Below the pieces are notes generated by a model. The model was given only the letters and a program-made list of their open reading frames with translations, was not told the origin of the DNA and searched no databases. DNA of 64,000 nucleotides from Chlamydiales bacterium (GTDB taxonomy: Bacteria; Chlamydiota; Chlamydiia; Chlamydiales; JAJFMA01): NCBI GenBank assembly GCA_030679955.1, contig JAUXSF010000026.1, forward strand, positions 112,981 through 176,980, given 5' to 3'. The number at the start of each line of letters is the position of its first letter. Positions within the stretch are counted from its first letter, which is position 1. Positions 8,519 through 17,774 of the stretch are shown here, one piece after another. A program made the position numbers and the translations under genes.

Positions 8519-9601
8519 TCACACTGTAATGTATTGCTGTTTAACAAGTAGCTCTGCGATTAAAACTCCGCCGCCAGCAGCACCTCTGATGGTGTTGTGA
8601 GAGAGACCTACAAATCTGTAGTCCAGCACAGGGCATGGACGCAGACGGCCAACCGTAACCGCCATTCCCTCGCCGGCCATGCTGTCGAGTCGAGGTTGTG
8701 GACGATCAAATTCATCTCTAATTATGATAGGTTGTGATGGAGCTGAAGGCAGTCCAAGGTGTTGCGGCTCTGCCTTAAAATCCTTCCAAGCTTGGATAAT
8801 ATCCTCAGGCGAGGGAATATTCTTAAATTGTACCGACACGCAGGCGAGATGTCCGTCAGTCACTGGGACTCTATTGCAATGAGCAGCAATAGCGATATTC
8901 TCAGCATCAACGATTACGTCACCTTTAATAGACCCTAAGATTTTTAGCGGCTCGCTCTCCGACTTTTCTTCCTCACCAGCGATATAGGGGATCACGTTAT
9001 CTGTAATAGCCAAGGCTGGCACACCAGGATAGCCAGCACCGCTAATCGCTTGAAGCGTAGTGACGATGATTTTGGAGAGACCGAAACGCTGGTGAAGCGG
9101 CCATAGGGGAATCAGATAACTCTGAAGCGAGCAATTGGGCTTGGTTACTATAAAGCCTTTCCAACCCCGCAGCTCTCGTTGGCGTGGCAAGATATCTAAA
9201 TGACCAGCATTTACCTCGGGAATGATCACAGGAACATCCGGATCGCGCCGATGAAAGGAGGCGTTAGAAACAACCGCCAGACCTTCCTGCGCATACTTTG
9301 CTTCAAACTGTTGGGCAACTTCACCGCCTAGGGCAGAAAAAACCAATCGGCAAGAGGCTTTGGCAGCGGCAATATCATCAACATTATGGACAGGCAGATT
9401 GGCGATATCGATAGGAAGGGGAGTCACTTGTCTCCAGCGATTTCCAAGCGCATTAGCATAACTTTGGTTGGCAGAGCGCTTAGAAGAGGCTAAGAAAGCA
9501 ATTTCAAACCACGGATGGTCAGCAAGTGCTGCGATATAGTGCTGACCGACAACTCCTGTGGCTCCCAAGATTCCAACAGGAATTCGGTTCATCGATGACA
9601 T
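8519..9601 (-). CDS. asd: Aspartate-semialdehyde dehydrogenase
   Basis: GILGATGVVGQ Rossmann motif, active-site KPNCSLQ, and SHNTIRGAAGG near the C-terminus. Confidence 0.9.
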   Translation of the reverse strand: MSSMNRIPVGILGATGVVGQHYIAALADHPWFEIAFLASSKRSANQSYANALGNRWRQVTPLPIDIANLPVHNVDDIAAAKASCRLVFSALGGEVAQQFEAKYAQEGLAVVSNASFHRRDPDVPVIIPEVNAGHLDILPRQRELRGWKGFIVTKPNCSLQSYLIPLWPLHQRFGLSKIIVTTLQAISGAGYPGVPALAITDNVIPYIAGEEEKSESEPLKILGSIKGDVIVDAENIAIAAHCNRVPVTDGHLACVSVQFKNIPSPEDIIQAWKDFKAEPQHLGLPSAPSQPIIIRDEFDRPQPRLDSMAGEGMAVTVGRLRPCPVLDYRFVGLSHNTIRGAAGGGVLIAELLVKQQYITV

Positions 9602-10467
9602 CCTGTTATTTGTTCTAAAACAGCCTGTAACTTTTTACGCGTCTCCGGTTGAACCTCGCACAAAGGCAGACGACACGATCCTGCTGGCTTGCCTGACAGA
9701 CGCATCATTTCCTTAACAGGCATGGGATTTGTTTCCAAGCCTGAAGCTAGAAAAAGTGGCAGTAATTCAAAATGCAATGCTCGGGCTGTCGATAAGTCAC
9801 CTCTCTGCATCGCCTCTACCAATGCCACCATACGCTCTGGCACAAGATTTCCCATGGTTGAGACCACTCCATGACAGCCTAGGGCCATGGTTGGAAAGGC
9901 CATGATGTCGTCGCCACTCAGAACGCTGAATTCGTCACAAATAAGCAACATTTCAGAAATCACTGTAGTGGATCCCGAGCAGTCCTTGATTGCAACGATA
10001 TTTGGAATCTCGCTCAGGCGTTTCAACGTCTCTATCGACAAATTCACAGCTGTTCGCACAGGATTGTTGTACAGCATGATCGGTAGGTCTACCGCATTCG
10101 CTATGTTGGCGAAATGCTGATAAAGACCCTCTTGCGTGGGACGATTGTAATAAGGAGTGATGAGAATTAGGGCATCAGCTCCCAACCGCTGGCATTTGAT
10201 TGCTTTATCAATAGTTGTTTGTGTGCAGTTGCCTCCGCAGCCGGCAATAACAGGGATTCTTCCTGCGACGGTTTGTAGGGCCAGTGTGATGGCACGCTCT
10301 TGCTCTAGCGGCGAGAGGGTAGGGCTTTCTCCTGTCGTCCCTAAGACGACAAGCCCGCTTACGCCAGCAGCAAGTTGATCATGGATGTTTTGAATGAAGC
10401 CTGCTTCATCAAAACATCCATCCTTAAAAGGAGAAATAAGCGCCGTAATCAAGCCACGAAAACGCAT
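9589..10467 (-). CDS. dapA: 4-hydroxy-tetrahydrodipicolinate synthase
   Basis: GTTGESPTLS, YNRPTQEGLYQHF and IVAIKDCSG (Schiff-base Lys). Overlaps asd by 13 nt. Confidence 0.9.
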   Translation of the reverse strand: MRFRGLITALISPFKDGCFDEAGFIQNIHDQLAAGVSGLVVLGTTGESPTLSPLEQERAITLALQTVAGRIPVIAGCGGNCTQTTIDKAIKCQRLGADALILITPYYNRPTQEGLYQHFANIANAVDLPIMLYNNPVRTAVNLSIETLKRLSEIPNIVAIKDCSGSTTVISEMLLICDEFSVLSGDDIMAFPTMALGCHGVVSTMGNLVPERMVALVEAMQRGDLSTARALHFELLPLFLASGLETNPMPVKEMMRLSGKPAGSCRLPLCEVQPETRKKLQAVLEQITGCHR

Positions 10468-10484
10468 TAGAACCCTCCATCAGC

Positions 10485-11138
10485 TCAAGCGAAGTAAGGA
10501 ATCTTGACCCAACCCATCTTGTTAGCCCCTGCAGCAGCGCCGACGGCACCGGCGCCAAGCGCTGCCATAGACACTGTCTGGACAGCTAGCGAAGAGATCA
10601 TAGGTCCTTTAGCAAATTTATATGCAGCATTGAATGGGGCAGCGGCATATCCGAAAGCGCCCTTAGCAAACGCTCCAACCTTGTCAGCGAACGTTGCGGG
10701 TTTAGCTTCTTCAACTTTGGGCTTAGGAACATGAGGCGAGGCAAGCTTGAAGTAACGCATACTGCCTGTGGCCCAGTCAGGTACGACGGCACCGACAGGA
10801 GCCAAGATCGTACCCGCGACAACACATTCAATCGCCTTTACAAGGTGGCGTGCCGCTTCACCGCGATTGAATGTTGGAGCATTCAAAGGATCGATGCTTC
10901 TCCAACGTACAGTGAACGCATTAAACAATATTTCCAAAGTACCGGTTATCAAGGCATATAAAGTCTTGAAGACGCACGCGGCTACGTGACAGACTGCATC
11001 GATGTATGCCGAGAGGATAACCGTCGGCGCAACGATACGCGTCGTTAAGAATGCTCCGCGCTTTTCTGCAAAGAAATCTACGGTATTGGCCCACGTGGAT
11101 GTTGCTGGACTCATTAAAGAATTGACTTTGTCTAACAT
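10485..11138 (-). CDS. Hydrophobic/Ala-Gly-rich membrane protein, unknown function; first gene of the dapA-asd-dapL transcription unit
   Basis: ATG 11138 is preceded by AGGAGGGAG. It has hydrophobic segments (VAPTVILSAYIDAVCHVAACVF, SSLAVQTVSMAALGAGAVGAAAGA). Only 17 nt separate its stop from the dapA start. Confidence 0.55.
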   Translation of the reverse strand: MLDKVNSLMSPATSTWANTVDFFAEKRGAFLTTRIVAPTVILSAYIDAVCHVAACVFKTLYALITGTLEILFNAFTVRWRSIDPLNAPTFNRGEAARHLVKAIECVVAGTILAPVGAVVPDWATGSMRYFKLASPHVPKPKVEEAKPATFADKVGAFAKGAFGYAAAPFNAAYKFAKGPMISSLAVQTVSMAALGAGAVGAAAGANKMGWVKIPYFA

Positions 11139-11270
11139 GCTCTCCCTCCTTGTACAAGGCATAAAATTGTAGCAGGGTTTCCAACTCTTCGCACCTACTT
11201 TTTTTCCCTAGGTGGGAATAACTTTTAATAGACAATATTATCAACTTCAGTTAATCTCCCTTGAAAGGCG

Positions 11271-11299
11271 TTGACATTTGTATGATGTCATACGTAATA
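11271..11299 (+). promoter_or_regulatory. Candidate sigma70-type promoter for the yacL-like/acpS unit
   Basis: TTGACA (11271-11276), a 17-nt spacer, then GTAATA (11294-11299), about 30 nt upstream of ATG 11331. Confidence 0.35.
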
Positions 11300-11330
11300 A
11301 GAATGAAATGCTTATTTAGGTTTACTAACT

Positions 11331-12455
11331 ATGAAACTCTCAGTTGCTTTTGTTCGAAATTTTTTCCTCGTGCTTAGCGTGCTTTTTGTGACGGCGTTTG
11401 TAATAAACACGAATTGGGATTTGGGTTTCACAAACAAACTTCTGCTGGGAGTTGGTGGTGGACTGGCCTTCGGAGTTGTAATAGCCCTCGTAGGACGCAT
11501 TTTCGAGCGCTTTAATCTTCGAATGTTCAATCTTGCAGCCCTAGGTCTTTTATTTGGATACCTGATGGGTCAGGCGATTCTTCTGGTGTTTGAGGCTGTT
11601 CTAGGTGCCTTTACAACACAAGTTGATGCAGCGACCTTGGGTTTAATCCGTACACTTGTTTTCCTATCAAGCATTTACGTCAGCATGATCTTCGCGGTCA
11701 GAGCAGCTGAAGAAATTTCCTTAAGCATCCCCTTCGTTCAATTCAACCAAGACACTAAGAAGAAAAAAGACATCCTGGCTGACTCCTCGATTCTGTTAGA
11801 CAGCCGCATTATCGATGTCGTCGCTTCTGGTTTAGTGGACAACTACCTAATCATCCCAAGATTTATTCTTAGCGACCTTCATATGCAGTCGGAATCAGAA
11901 GATGAGTCTGTGAAAGCTCGCGCTCGTCGTGCTCTTGAAGTCATTAAGAAGATGGAAGGAATGTCAGCTCTCGGCCTACGCTTTACTGACACAGATCTAC
12001 CAGACATTAAGGATCCTGTATTAAAGCTTATCCGCATAGCGCGCATGCTCGATGCGAATATTCTGACAGCAGATATCAGCCGCATTCAGCAATCGGAAGT
12101 TGAAGGTGTACGCATCGTAAACATCCATAGCTTGGCAAATTCTCTAAAACCTGTTGCACAGGCTGGCGAGTACATTCACATTAAGATTCAGCGTTACGGC
12201 AAAGAGCCACGTCAAGGCGTTGGTTATCTTGAAGACGGTACAATGGTCGTGATTAATGGTGGCGCTGAGTTCATCGGTGAAACCATCCGCGCTCGTGTTC
12301 TGTCTGTAAAGCATACAAGTTCAGGACGTATGATCTTCTGCAACACGGCAGAAGAGTGGGCAGCCCAAGAGGGTGCGGCAGCAGCCGCTGAAGCCGCTGG
12401 AGCAGCAGCAACGTCAACACAAGACTCCGCTTCGAAGAAGTACTTCTCGGTATAA
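11331..12455 (+). CDS. PIN/TRAM domain membrane protein (YacL-like)
   Basis: Four N-terminal hydrophobic helices, a central PIN-like region (ILLDSRIIDVVASG, ANILTADIS) and a C-terminal TRAM-like beta domain (GETIRARVLSVKHTSSGRMIF). Confidence 0.65.
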   Translation: MKLSVAFVRNFFLVLSVLFVTAFVINTNWDLGFTNKLLLGVGGGLAFGVVIALVGRIFERFNLRMFNLAALGLLFGYLMGQAILLVFEAVLGAFTTQVDAATLGLIRTLVFLSSIYVSMIFAVRAAEEISLSIPFVQFNQDTKKKKDILADSSILLDSRIIDVVASGLVDNYLIIPRFILSDLHMQSESEDESVKARARRALEVIKKMEGMSALGLRFTDTDLPDIKDPVLKLIRIARMLDANILTADISRIQQSEVEGVRIVNIHSLANSLKPVAQAGEYIHIKIQRYGKEPRQGVGYLEDGTMVVINGGAEFIGETIRARVLSVKHTSSGRMIFCNTAEEWAAQEGAAAAAEAAGAAATSTQDSASKKYFSV

Positions 12456-12459
12456 ATTC

Positions 12460-12831
12460 ATGATCAAGGGCCTTGGTAGCGACATTATTGCAGTGGAACG
12501 CATCACCAAGGCTCTTGAACGACATGGCGACCGTTTTTTAGACACCGTTTTCACAGAGCGCGAAGTTGCCTATTGCCGGCGTTATCAGGAAGCCGACCGA
12601 CACTTTGCTGGCCGGTTTGCCGCCAAGGAAGCAGTAGTTAAGTCGTTAGGGACTGGCTTTCGCCAAGGAATCACATTTGTAGATATTGAAGTGATCAACG
12701 ACGGCTACGGTAAGCCGGAGATCCATCTTTCAAAAAAAGCCGCAGAAACCATCGGTCCCGGCCGCTTTTTGATTACCATCAGCCATTGTCATTCGTACGC
12801 CACCGCCACCGCCATCTGGGTGGATGAGTGA
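12460..12831 (+). CDS. acpS: Holo-[acyl-carrier-protein] synthase
   Basis: MIKGLGSDIIAVERI... and FAAKEAVVKSLG motifs, about 123 aa. ATG 12460 follows the upstream stop directly. I reject the track's longer 12373 start, which overlaps the previous gene. Confidence 0.9.
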   Translation: MIKGLGSDIIAVERITKALERHGDRFLDTVFTEREVAYCRRYQEADRHFAGRFAAKEAVVKSLGTGFRQGITFVDIEVINDGYGKPEIHLSKKAAETIGPGRFLITISHCHSYATATAIWVDE

Positions 12832-12833
12832 CC

Positions 12834-13421
12834 TTAAAGTTCCTTTTCCGCGGCATGTCGATCAAGCCAGCCACTATACCAGCAGACGGCGGGCATAAAA
12901 ATAAACCAAACGATACCGATAACAATAAGTGAGTGAGCGCCTGGCATTAAGAAAGTGGCTGCCCCTAAACGCTCGCCAGCTGCATAGCTGGACATACCTC
13001 CAAGAGCTCCTAACACCGCTGCGGCGACAGGATAGTTACGAAGCCAAAAGAGTGAGTAGTCTACGGCAGCAGCAAAAAGAAGGTAAACGCCAGCCATCCA
13101 AACAGGCGGTGCCCACCAAGCCCAACCGTTAGGGCTAGCGTAGGTTAAGACTCCGCTAGTTATAAGGCCAATGTCAATAAAGCAGCCGGCTAAGGTCACG
13201 CTTGATAGAAAGAGCAGATCTTTACCGCGCTGATGAGAGAGGACAAAATGAACAAGCATCAGTGGCGTTAAGATAGCCAACCCCATGTATGGGCGTCCGG
13301 AGGCGGCGTAGACGACTAGAGCTGTCCATCCTCCATAAAAAGAAAGGCTGTTAAAAATACGCGCGACAATAGGGTGTTTAATTGTGCGGTGAAGATGAGT
13401 ACCGATTTGTCTAAAGACCAT
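12834..13421 (-). CDS. DUF2878-like integral membrane protein
   Basis: Multi-pass hydrophobic protein with a C-terminal GALGGMSSYAAGERLGAATF pattern, which I recall as typical of DUF2878. Confidence 0.5.
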   Translation of the reverse strand: MVFRQIGTHLHRTIKHPIVARIFNSLSFYGGWTALVVYAASGRPYMGLAILTPLMLVHFVLSHQRGKDLLFLSSVTLAGCFIDIGLITSGVLTYASPNGWAWWAPPVWMAGVYLLFAAAVDYSLFWLRNYPVAAAVLGALGGMSSYAAGERLGAATFLMPGAHSLIVIGIVWFIFMPAVCWYSGWLDRHAAEKEL

Positions 13422-13427
13422 GAGGAA

Positions 13428-14819
13428 TCACTTGGGAGTCGTTGCGCCTAATAGATGACGTAGGCAGGTTTCGAGATCAGCATAAGCAAAAGGATAAAGT
13501 AAGTCAGTCAAACGTTTTGGTTGCACTCGCGTACTAGAGAGCAGCAGTGCATCCCCCATCTCTCCAAAAGCTAAACGAACTATAGCTTCTGGCATGGGTA
13601 TTAGGGTTGGCCTATTGAGAACTCTACCGAGTGTTTTGGTAAAAATGGCGTTAGTAACTGGATGTGGAGACACAACGTTGACGGGACCGGTTAAACGTTC
13701 ATCCATCAGCGCACGGTACAGACTGTAAACAGCGTCATCGATACCTATCCAGCTGTAAAACTGCTCACCATTGCCTAAATTTCCACCGAGACCAAATTTA
13801 AAAGGCGTTAGCATTTGCTTTAATGCGCCATGTTTGGGGCTAAGTACAATACCAAAGCGTGCTAATACCACACGGGTTGATGTTAGCTTGGAGGTAGCAT
13901 GTTCCCATTGGCCCGCCAGATCGGCCAGAAAACCTTGGCCTTTGGAACTGCTTTCATCGACTAACTCGTTACCGCGATCTCCATAGAAGCCGATTGCTGA
14001 GGCATTTATGAAGACTTTGGGTGGATGGGTAAGATTAGCGCAGGCAGAGACTAATAAATCAGTGCTATTGACCCGGCTAGAACGTAGTTTTTCTTTTTTT
14101 GCCTCTGTCCATCTACCAGAAGCAATGTTGTCACCCGCTAGATTGATAATGGCATCAAACTTCTCTAGCTTTTCAGATTGGATAACATTCTTTTCCGGAT
14201 CCCAAAAGACATCTGTAGGGGAGGTGGGCGCGCTTCGCACCAAGCGGTGGACAGTGTGGCCAGCGCATTGAAGAAATGGTATCAAAGCTGCGCCAATTAG
14301 GCCGGAAGTACCCGAAATGAGAACACGCTGTGGAGGCGAGTCAACGAATGGAAGCATTGCCTGAAGGTCATTGTTTAACATGCTATGTCGGTAAGCAAGT
14401 AGGCGGTCTACATCGCGGCACACAAACCCATCCAATAAAGCATCGCCAAAAAAGCCTCCAGGTACACGGTAGGAGACTTCGTCCTCAATGGTGCAATGGC
14501 CAGCGGTAGCATTCTGGAATCGATGTTCATGGTGCCAATAGGCAAAGGGACCTTTAATCTGCGTGTCAGAGAAACGCGCGCCTTCGACGACATCGTCGAT
14601 TTCAGCAACCCAATCAAAGGTTAAGAATCCCTTCTTAACCTTCAGATACAGTCTATTTCCCTTAGCAAGGCCGGAATCCATGCGGGTGACCTTGACGTTG
14701 CTCCATGGAGGAACAAGGCGTTCAAAGGCCCCTGGTTGCTTATGCCAGTCGAAAATCCTTTCAGCTGTGGCCGTTAAGGGACTGCGTAATGAAACTGAAT
14801 GTACGTTAGAATCTGTCAT
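13428..14819 (-). CDS. SRPBCC (cyclase/dehydrase) domain fused to a YfcH-type NAD-dependent epimerase (TIGR01777/DUF1731)
   Basis: N-terminal AERIFDWHKQPGAFERLVPPW, then a Rossmann motif VLISGTSGLIGAAL, then a C-terminal LLLSSTRVQPKRL. The start is ambiguous: I prefer ATG 14819 because ATG 14915 (track) leaves only 33 bp to the divergent gene. Confidence 0.7.
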   Translation of the reverse strand: MTDSNVHSVSLRSPLTATAERIFDWHKQPGAFERLVPPWSNVKVTRMDSGLAKGNRLYLKVKKGFLTFDWVAEIDDVVEGARFSDTQIKGPFAYWHHEHRFQNATAGHCTIEDEVSYRVPGGFFGDALLDGFVCRDVDRLLAYRHSMLNNDLQAMLPFVDSPPQRVLISGTSGLIGAALIPFLQCAGHTVHRLVRSAPTSPTDVFWDPEKNVIQSEKLEKFDAIINLAGDNIASGRWTEAKKEKLRSSRVNSTDLLVSACANLTHPPKVFINASAIGFYGDRGNELVDESSSKGQGFLADLAGQWEHATSKLTSTRVVLARFGIVLSPKHGALKQMLTPFKFGLGGNLGNGEQFYSWIGIDDAVYSLYRALMDERLTGPVNVVSPHPVTNAIFTKTLGRVLNRPTLIPMPEAIVRLAFGEMGDALLLSSTRVQPKRLTDLLYPFAYADLETCLRHLLGATTPK

Positions 14820-14948
14820 GTCTCTATTACGTCTCAAATGAGCGATTCCGTCAAACAGTTTCAGTAGGGAGTTCAACAACCACGCTCCCTTTGCCCCTTC
14901 AGCAGTAAAAAACATTCTACATATTGTTTTTTTTGGTTAAGCTGAGCC

Positions 14949-16298
14949 ATGCGGGAGATAATTGTGAAAAAAGCTAGAATTGCTGTTATCGGTGCCGGCC
15001 TTTCCGGCTTAGCGTGTGCCTACGAGCTTACGAAGGCTGGTCAGGATGTTGTCGTTTATGAAAAAGCAGGCAGGGTAGCTGGGCGCTCGCTAACTCGGCG
15101 TGATGGCCTCTATCCTTTTGATACCGGAGCACAGTTCCTCAACAATGGCTACTCACAATGCCGTGCATACTGCAAAGAACTAGGGATAAGTAATCTGTGG
15201 CGTACCATGGACGTCAGCACCCACCATCTTTACAAGAATGGAAAACTGCACTGCATATCCTTTAAATCCATCGGGGAGTTCCTAGGACTTTCATTCTACT
15301 CCACCTTAGCACGTGTTCGGTTGTTGATGTGCTATCTACGTCTGCAGCGCGACGCCAAAGGTATTGATCTTTACGATCTTAGCAAGGCCAATACTAAGTT
15401 TGATCAGATTAGTGCACGCGATTACATTCTGAAGTGGGGTGGCCAGGAAGTACTAGACTATGCTTTCGATTCGCTCATCGCTACCTACCATTTTCATGGC
15501 GCCCATGACCTAAGCCTGAGCTGTCTTTTAGGCGCCATTTCCGCCATTGGAAAAGACTTTTCTTACGATTACTTTGAAGGTGGCCTGGATATGCTTGCCC
15601 AGGCCTTGGCTAAAAAAGTGCTGGTTAACTGCGGCCGTGAAGTGCAGAAGGTTGTTCCAGGGCTTGGAGGCATTATAGTCGAAGAGGCGCGCTCTAAGGA
15701 GGTTTTTGACCATGTGGTGATCGCCACTACAGCATCGGTGGCCAAAAGCATCTTAAAGGGCGCAAGTCCAGACCAAAAGCAGCTGTTAGACGCCGTTAAC
15801 TACTCCTCTACCGTTACTGCTGCCTTCCGCGTACCTTCTGCTGCAGTATCAAATCTGGCAATGGTTGCGGTACCTGCATCTCAAAATCAGAACATCTGCT
15901 GCTATTTTAACCAGAACAGCAAGTATGTTGATCTTCTATCAGGGGAGTATACCTTGATAAACGTCTTCTTAAGGGATGAATGCGCCAAAGAATGGATCAG
16001 CGCGCCCGATGAACAGTTGTGGGAGTTTATTAAGGCGGAACTCATCGAGGTTTGTCCTCCTCTAAAATCCTGCGTCGGTAAGGTTGAGCCCTACGATCTG
16101 CAGCGTTGGCCAGAGGCTATTCCCAAATACTCAGTCGGCTTTGTTTCACATGCGGGACGCTTCTGGCAGGAAGGTCAGGGTGACAATAATGTCTTTATGT
16201 GCGGAGATTACCTCAACGCTCCATGGATGGAAGGCAGCACGCGCTGTGGTAAAAAGGTTGCGGAATCCGTTCTCGCCTCTATTACTGTTAATAAGTAA
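14949..16298 (+). CDS. FAD-dependent oxidoreductase (amine oxidase / protoporphyrinogen oxidase superfamily)
   Basis: IAVIGAGLSGLACAYEL dinucleotide-binding motif at the N-terminus and GDYLNAPWMEGSTRCG near the C-terminus. An alternative GTG start at 14964 has GGGAGA upstream. Confidence 0.7.
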   Translation: MREIIVKKARIAVIGAGLSGLACAYELTKAGQDVVVYEKAGRVAGRSLTRRDGLYPFDTGAQFLNNGYSQCRAYCKELGISNLWRTMDVSTHHLYKNGKLHCISFKSIGEFLGLSFYSTLARVRLLMCYLRLQRDAKGIDLYDLSKANTKFDQISARDYILKWGGQEVLDYAFDSLIATYHFHGAHDLSLSCLLGAISAIGKDFSYDYFEGGLDMLAQALAKKVLVNCGREVQKVVPGLGGIIVEEARSKEVFDHVVIATTASVAKSILKGASPDQKQLLDAVNYSSTVTAAFRVPSAAVSNLAMVAVPASQNQNICCYFNQNSKYVDLLSGEYTLINVFLRDECAKEWISAPDEQLWEFIKAELIEVCPPLKSCVGKVEPYDLQRWPEAIPKYSVGFVSHAGRFWQEGQGDNNVFMCGDYLNAPWMEGSTRCGKKVAESVLASITVNK

Positions 16299-16414
16299 TG
16301 TCGCGTAATTAGTTAACTAATTAACCAATTCTTAACGAACATTTAATTAAACGATTATTATTCTGTATTACAATAATGCCTATAAGTTAAATAACTATAT
16401 AGGAGTTTAGTAAG
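16299..16414 (+). promoter_or_regulatory. AT-rich leader upstream of the coiled-coil orphan
   Basis: About 115 bp of nearly pure A/T containing TTACAATAAT, with a TAGGAG RBS before ATG 16415. Confidence 0.35.
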
Positions 16415-17683
16415 ATGGATAATATAAATAGTAATAATGTTAGTTTTATTTCTTCTCACGAGTCAAAGTCATTCGAAATTGCGAATGATGCAAATACGGA
16501 AGCATTCGAGACCGTCGTTTTGGAAGAGAATACTCCTCCCGTGGCGAGTGGTGAATCTCAGTCCTACGCTCGTTGGATGTGGGAAGGTATGTTTCACTCT
16601 CATAAAGTGGCGTCTCAAGTTACCGATAGTCAACCAGCGGTTATAGAGAACAAAGAAAATGGCTCTTGGTGGCCTAAGACTTGGAGCAGCAGCAATCGTG
16701 CAGCAACTAAGATGCAGCGAGTGGTCGATGCCAATATGAACAAAATTACCGAATCGTGCCGAGTCCTCACAGACCTTCACCACCTAATCTTGGAAAATGC
16801 GGATAATATTAGACAATGGACAGGCCGTGAGTTAGCAGAATCAACAGTTGGTGTACAAGAGAACCAGGCTAGTGTGGAATATGCCCAAGGCAACGTGGAC
16901 TTATATAGAGCTGAGCTTTCCGAGCTTAAAGCGATCGTGCATGCACTGCGATCTGGCGATATTCAGTTGAGTATCACCGCATTGGATAATCGACGTGAGG
17001 CGCTGAATGTAAGACTTAGTGAGACGGAGGCCCAGCTAGAAAGGGCCAAACAAGGTATTGTCGACCTGACAGCAAACCTGCCAAATCTTGAAGGCGAGTA
17101 CATTCAAGGATTACGTGTCCAGATAGAAGGTTTAAAGCCAGCTCGTGATAAGGCTTACCAAACACATAAAAGTGAACCAACAGAAGAGTCTAGAGCAATG
17201 TGCGACCGTCTTCAAGGCGAGTTGGATGGTTTGAGTTCACGCGTTCGTAACGAAATGCCCGAAGCAGCAAAGGATGCTCATGACGCAATTAAAGGCCTTA
17301 AGCAAGACCGAGAAACATTAGAAGGCAAGATTCGCGTGTTGACAAGTTCAGTAGAGCAAGTACAAGGCATGGTCCAAGAAGTCAATCAGGGATACAAGCG
17401 CAAGGTCAGAAAGACCATAGAGGCTCAAATTGCGAAGACAGAACCGCGTTTAGAAACCTTCGAAGGAGCCCTGTTGGTTGCTAAAGCGCCATTGTTACGT
17501 CAAGAACGCGCTAACACCATTTCGCAATTGTTGCAAGGATGGCTTGACGGCCGATTGGATATGCTACAAGTACCCGATTTCACCAATGCGACGCATGTTG
17601 ATGTGTGGGTACAGCAAGCTGCAAATATTCGTAAGCAGGCTGTAGATGTATTCAAACAGGTTCCCAATCTGGTTATAAGCTAA
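16415..17683 (+). CDS. Orphan 422-aa coiled-coil protein, effector candidate
   Basis: No signal peptide. Long heptad-like Glu/Lys/Leu/Gln-rich stretches (e.g. RREALNVRLSETEAQLERAKQGIVDL). Own AT-rich leader and a strong downstream hairpin. Confidence 0.65.
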   Translation: MDNINSNNVSFISSHESKSFEIANDANTEAFETVVLEENTPPVASGESQSYARWMWEGMFHSHKVASQVTDSQPAVIENKENGSWWPKTWSSSNRAATKMQRVVDANMNKITESCRVLTDLHHLILENADNIRQWTGRELAESTVGVQENQASVEYAQGNVDLYRAELSELKAIVHALRSGDIQLSITALDNRREALNVRLSETEAQLERAKQGIVDLTANLPNLEGEYIQGLRVQIEGLKPARDKAYQTHKSEPTEESRAMCDRLQGELDGLSSRVRNEMPEAAKDAHDAIKGLKQDRETLEGKIRVLTSSVEQVQGMVQEVNQGYKRKVRKTIEAQIAKTEPRLETFEGALLVAKAPLLRQERANTISQLLQGWLDGRLDMLQVPDFTNATHVDVWVQQAANIRKQAVDVFKQVPNLVIS

Positions 17684-17705
17684 TAACCAATATAGTCGAC
17701 ACAAG

Positions 17706-17729
17706 GCGCAGAGGGAATTCCCTTTGCGC
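17706..17729. terminator. Bidirectional hairpin between convergent genes
   Basis: GCGCAGAGGG (17706-17715), loop AATT, CCCTTTGCGC (17720-17729), giving a 10-bp stem with one G-U pair, followed by TTTC. Confidence 0.55.
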
Positions 17730-17774
17730 TTTCATTGTAGCCGCGAATGCAGCTAAAGGGACGGCATAAAAAAC

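Noticed and set aside
12373-12459. N-terminal extensions proposed by the ORF track (acpS 12373, ribH 23782, ribBA 25085, SDR 24991, ABC-F 42503, SIMPL 44875, dapL 8547, pepN-neighbour 2482).
   Set aside because: In most of these cases an internal ATG has a canonical RBS and gives the N-terminus typical of the family. The extensions overlap upstream genes or add non-homologous sequence.
17704-17716. The 13-mer AAGGCGCAGAGGG is shared between 17704-17716 and the reverse strand of 63079-63091.
   Set aside because: On its own a 13-mer match is within chance expectation for this window. I only count it as weak support for the GCGCAAAG-type repeat family.
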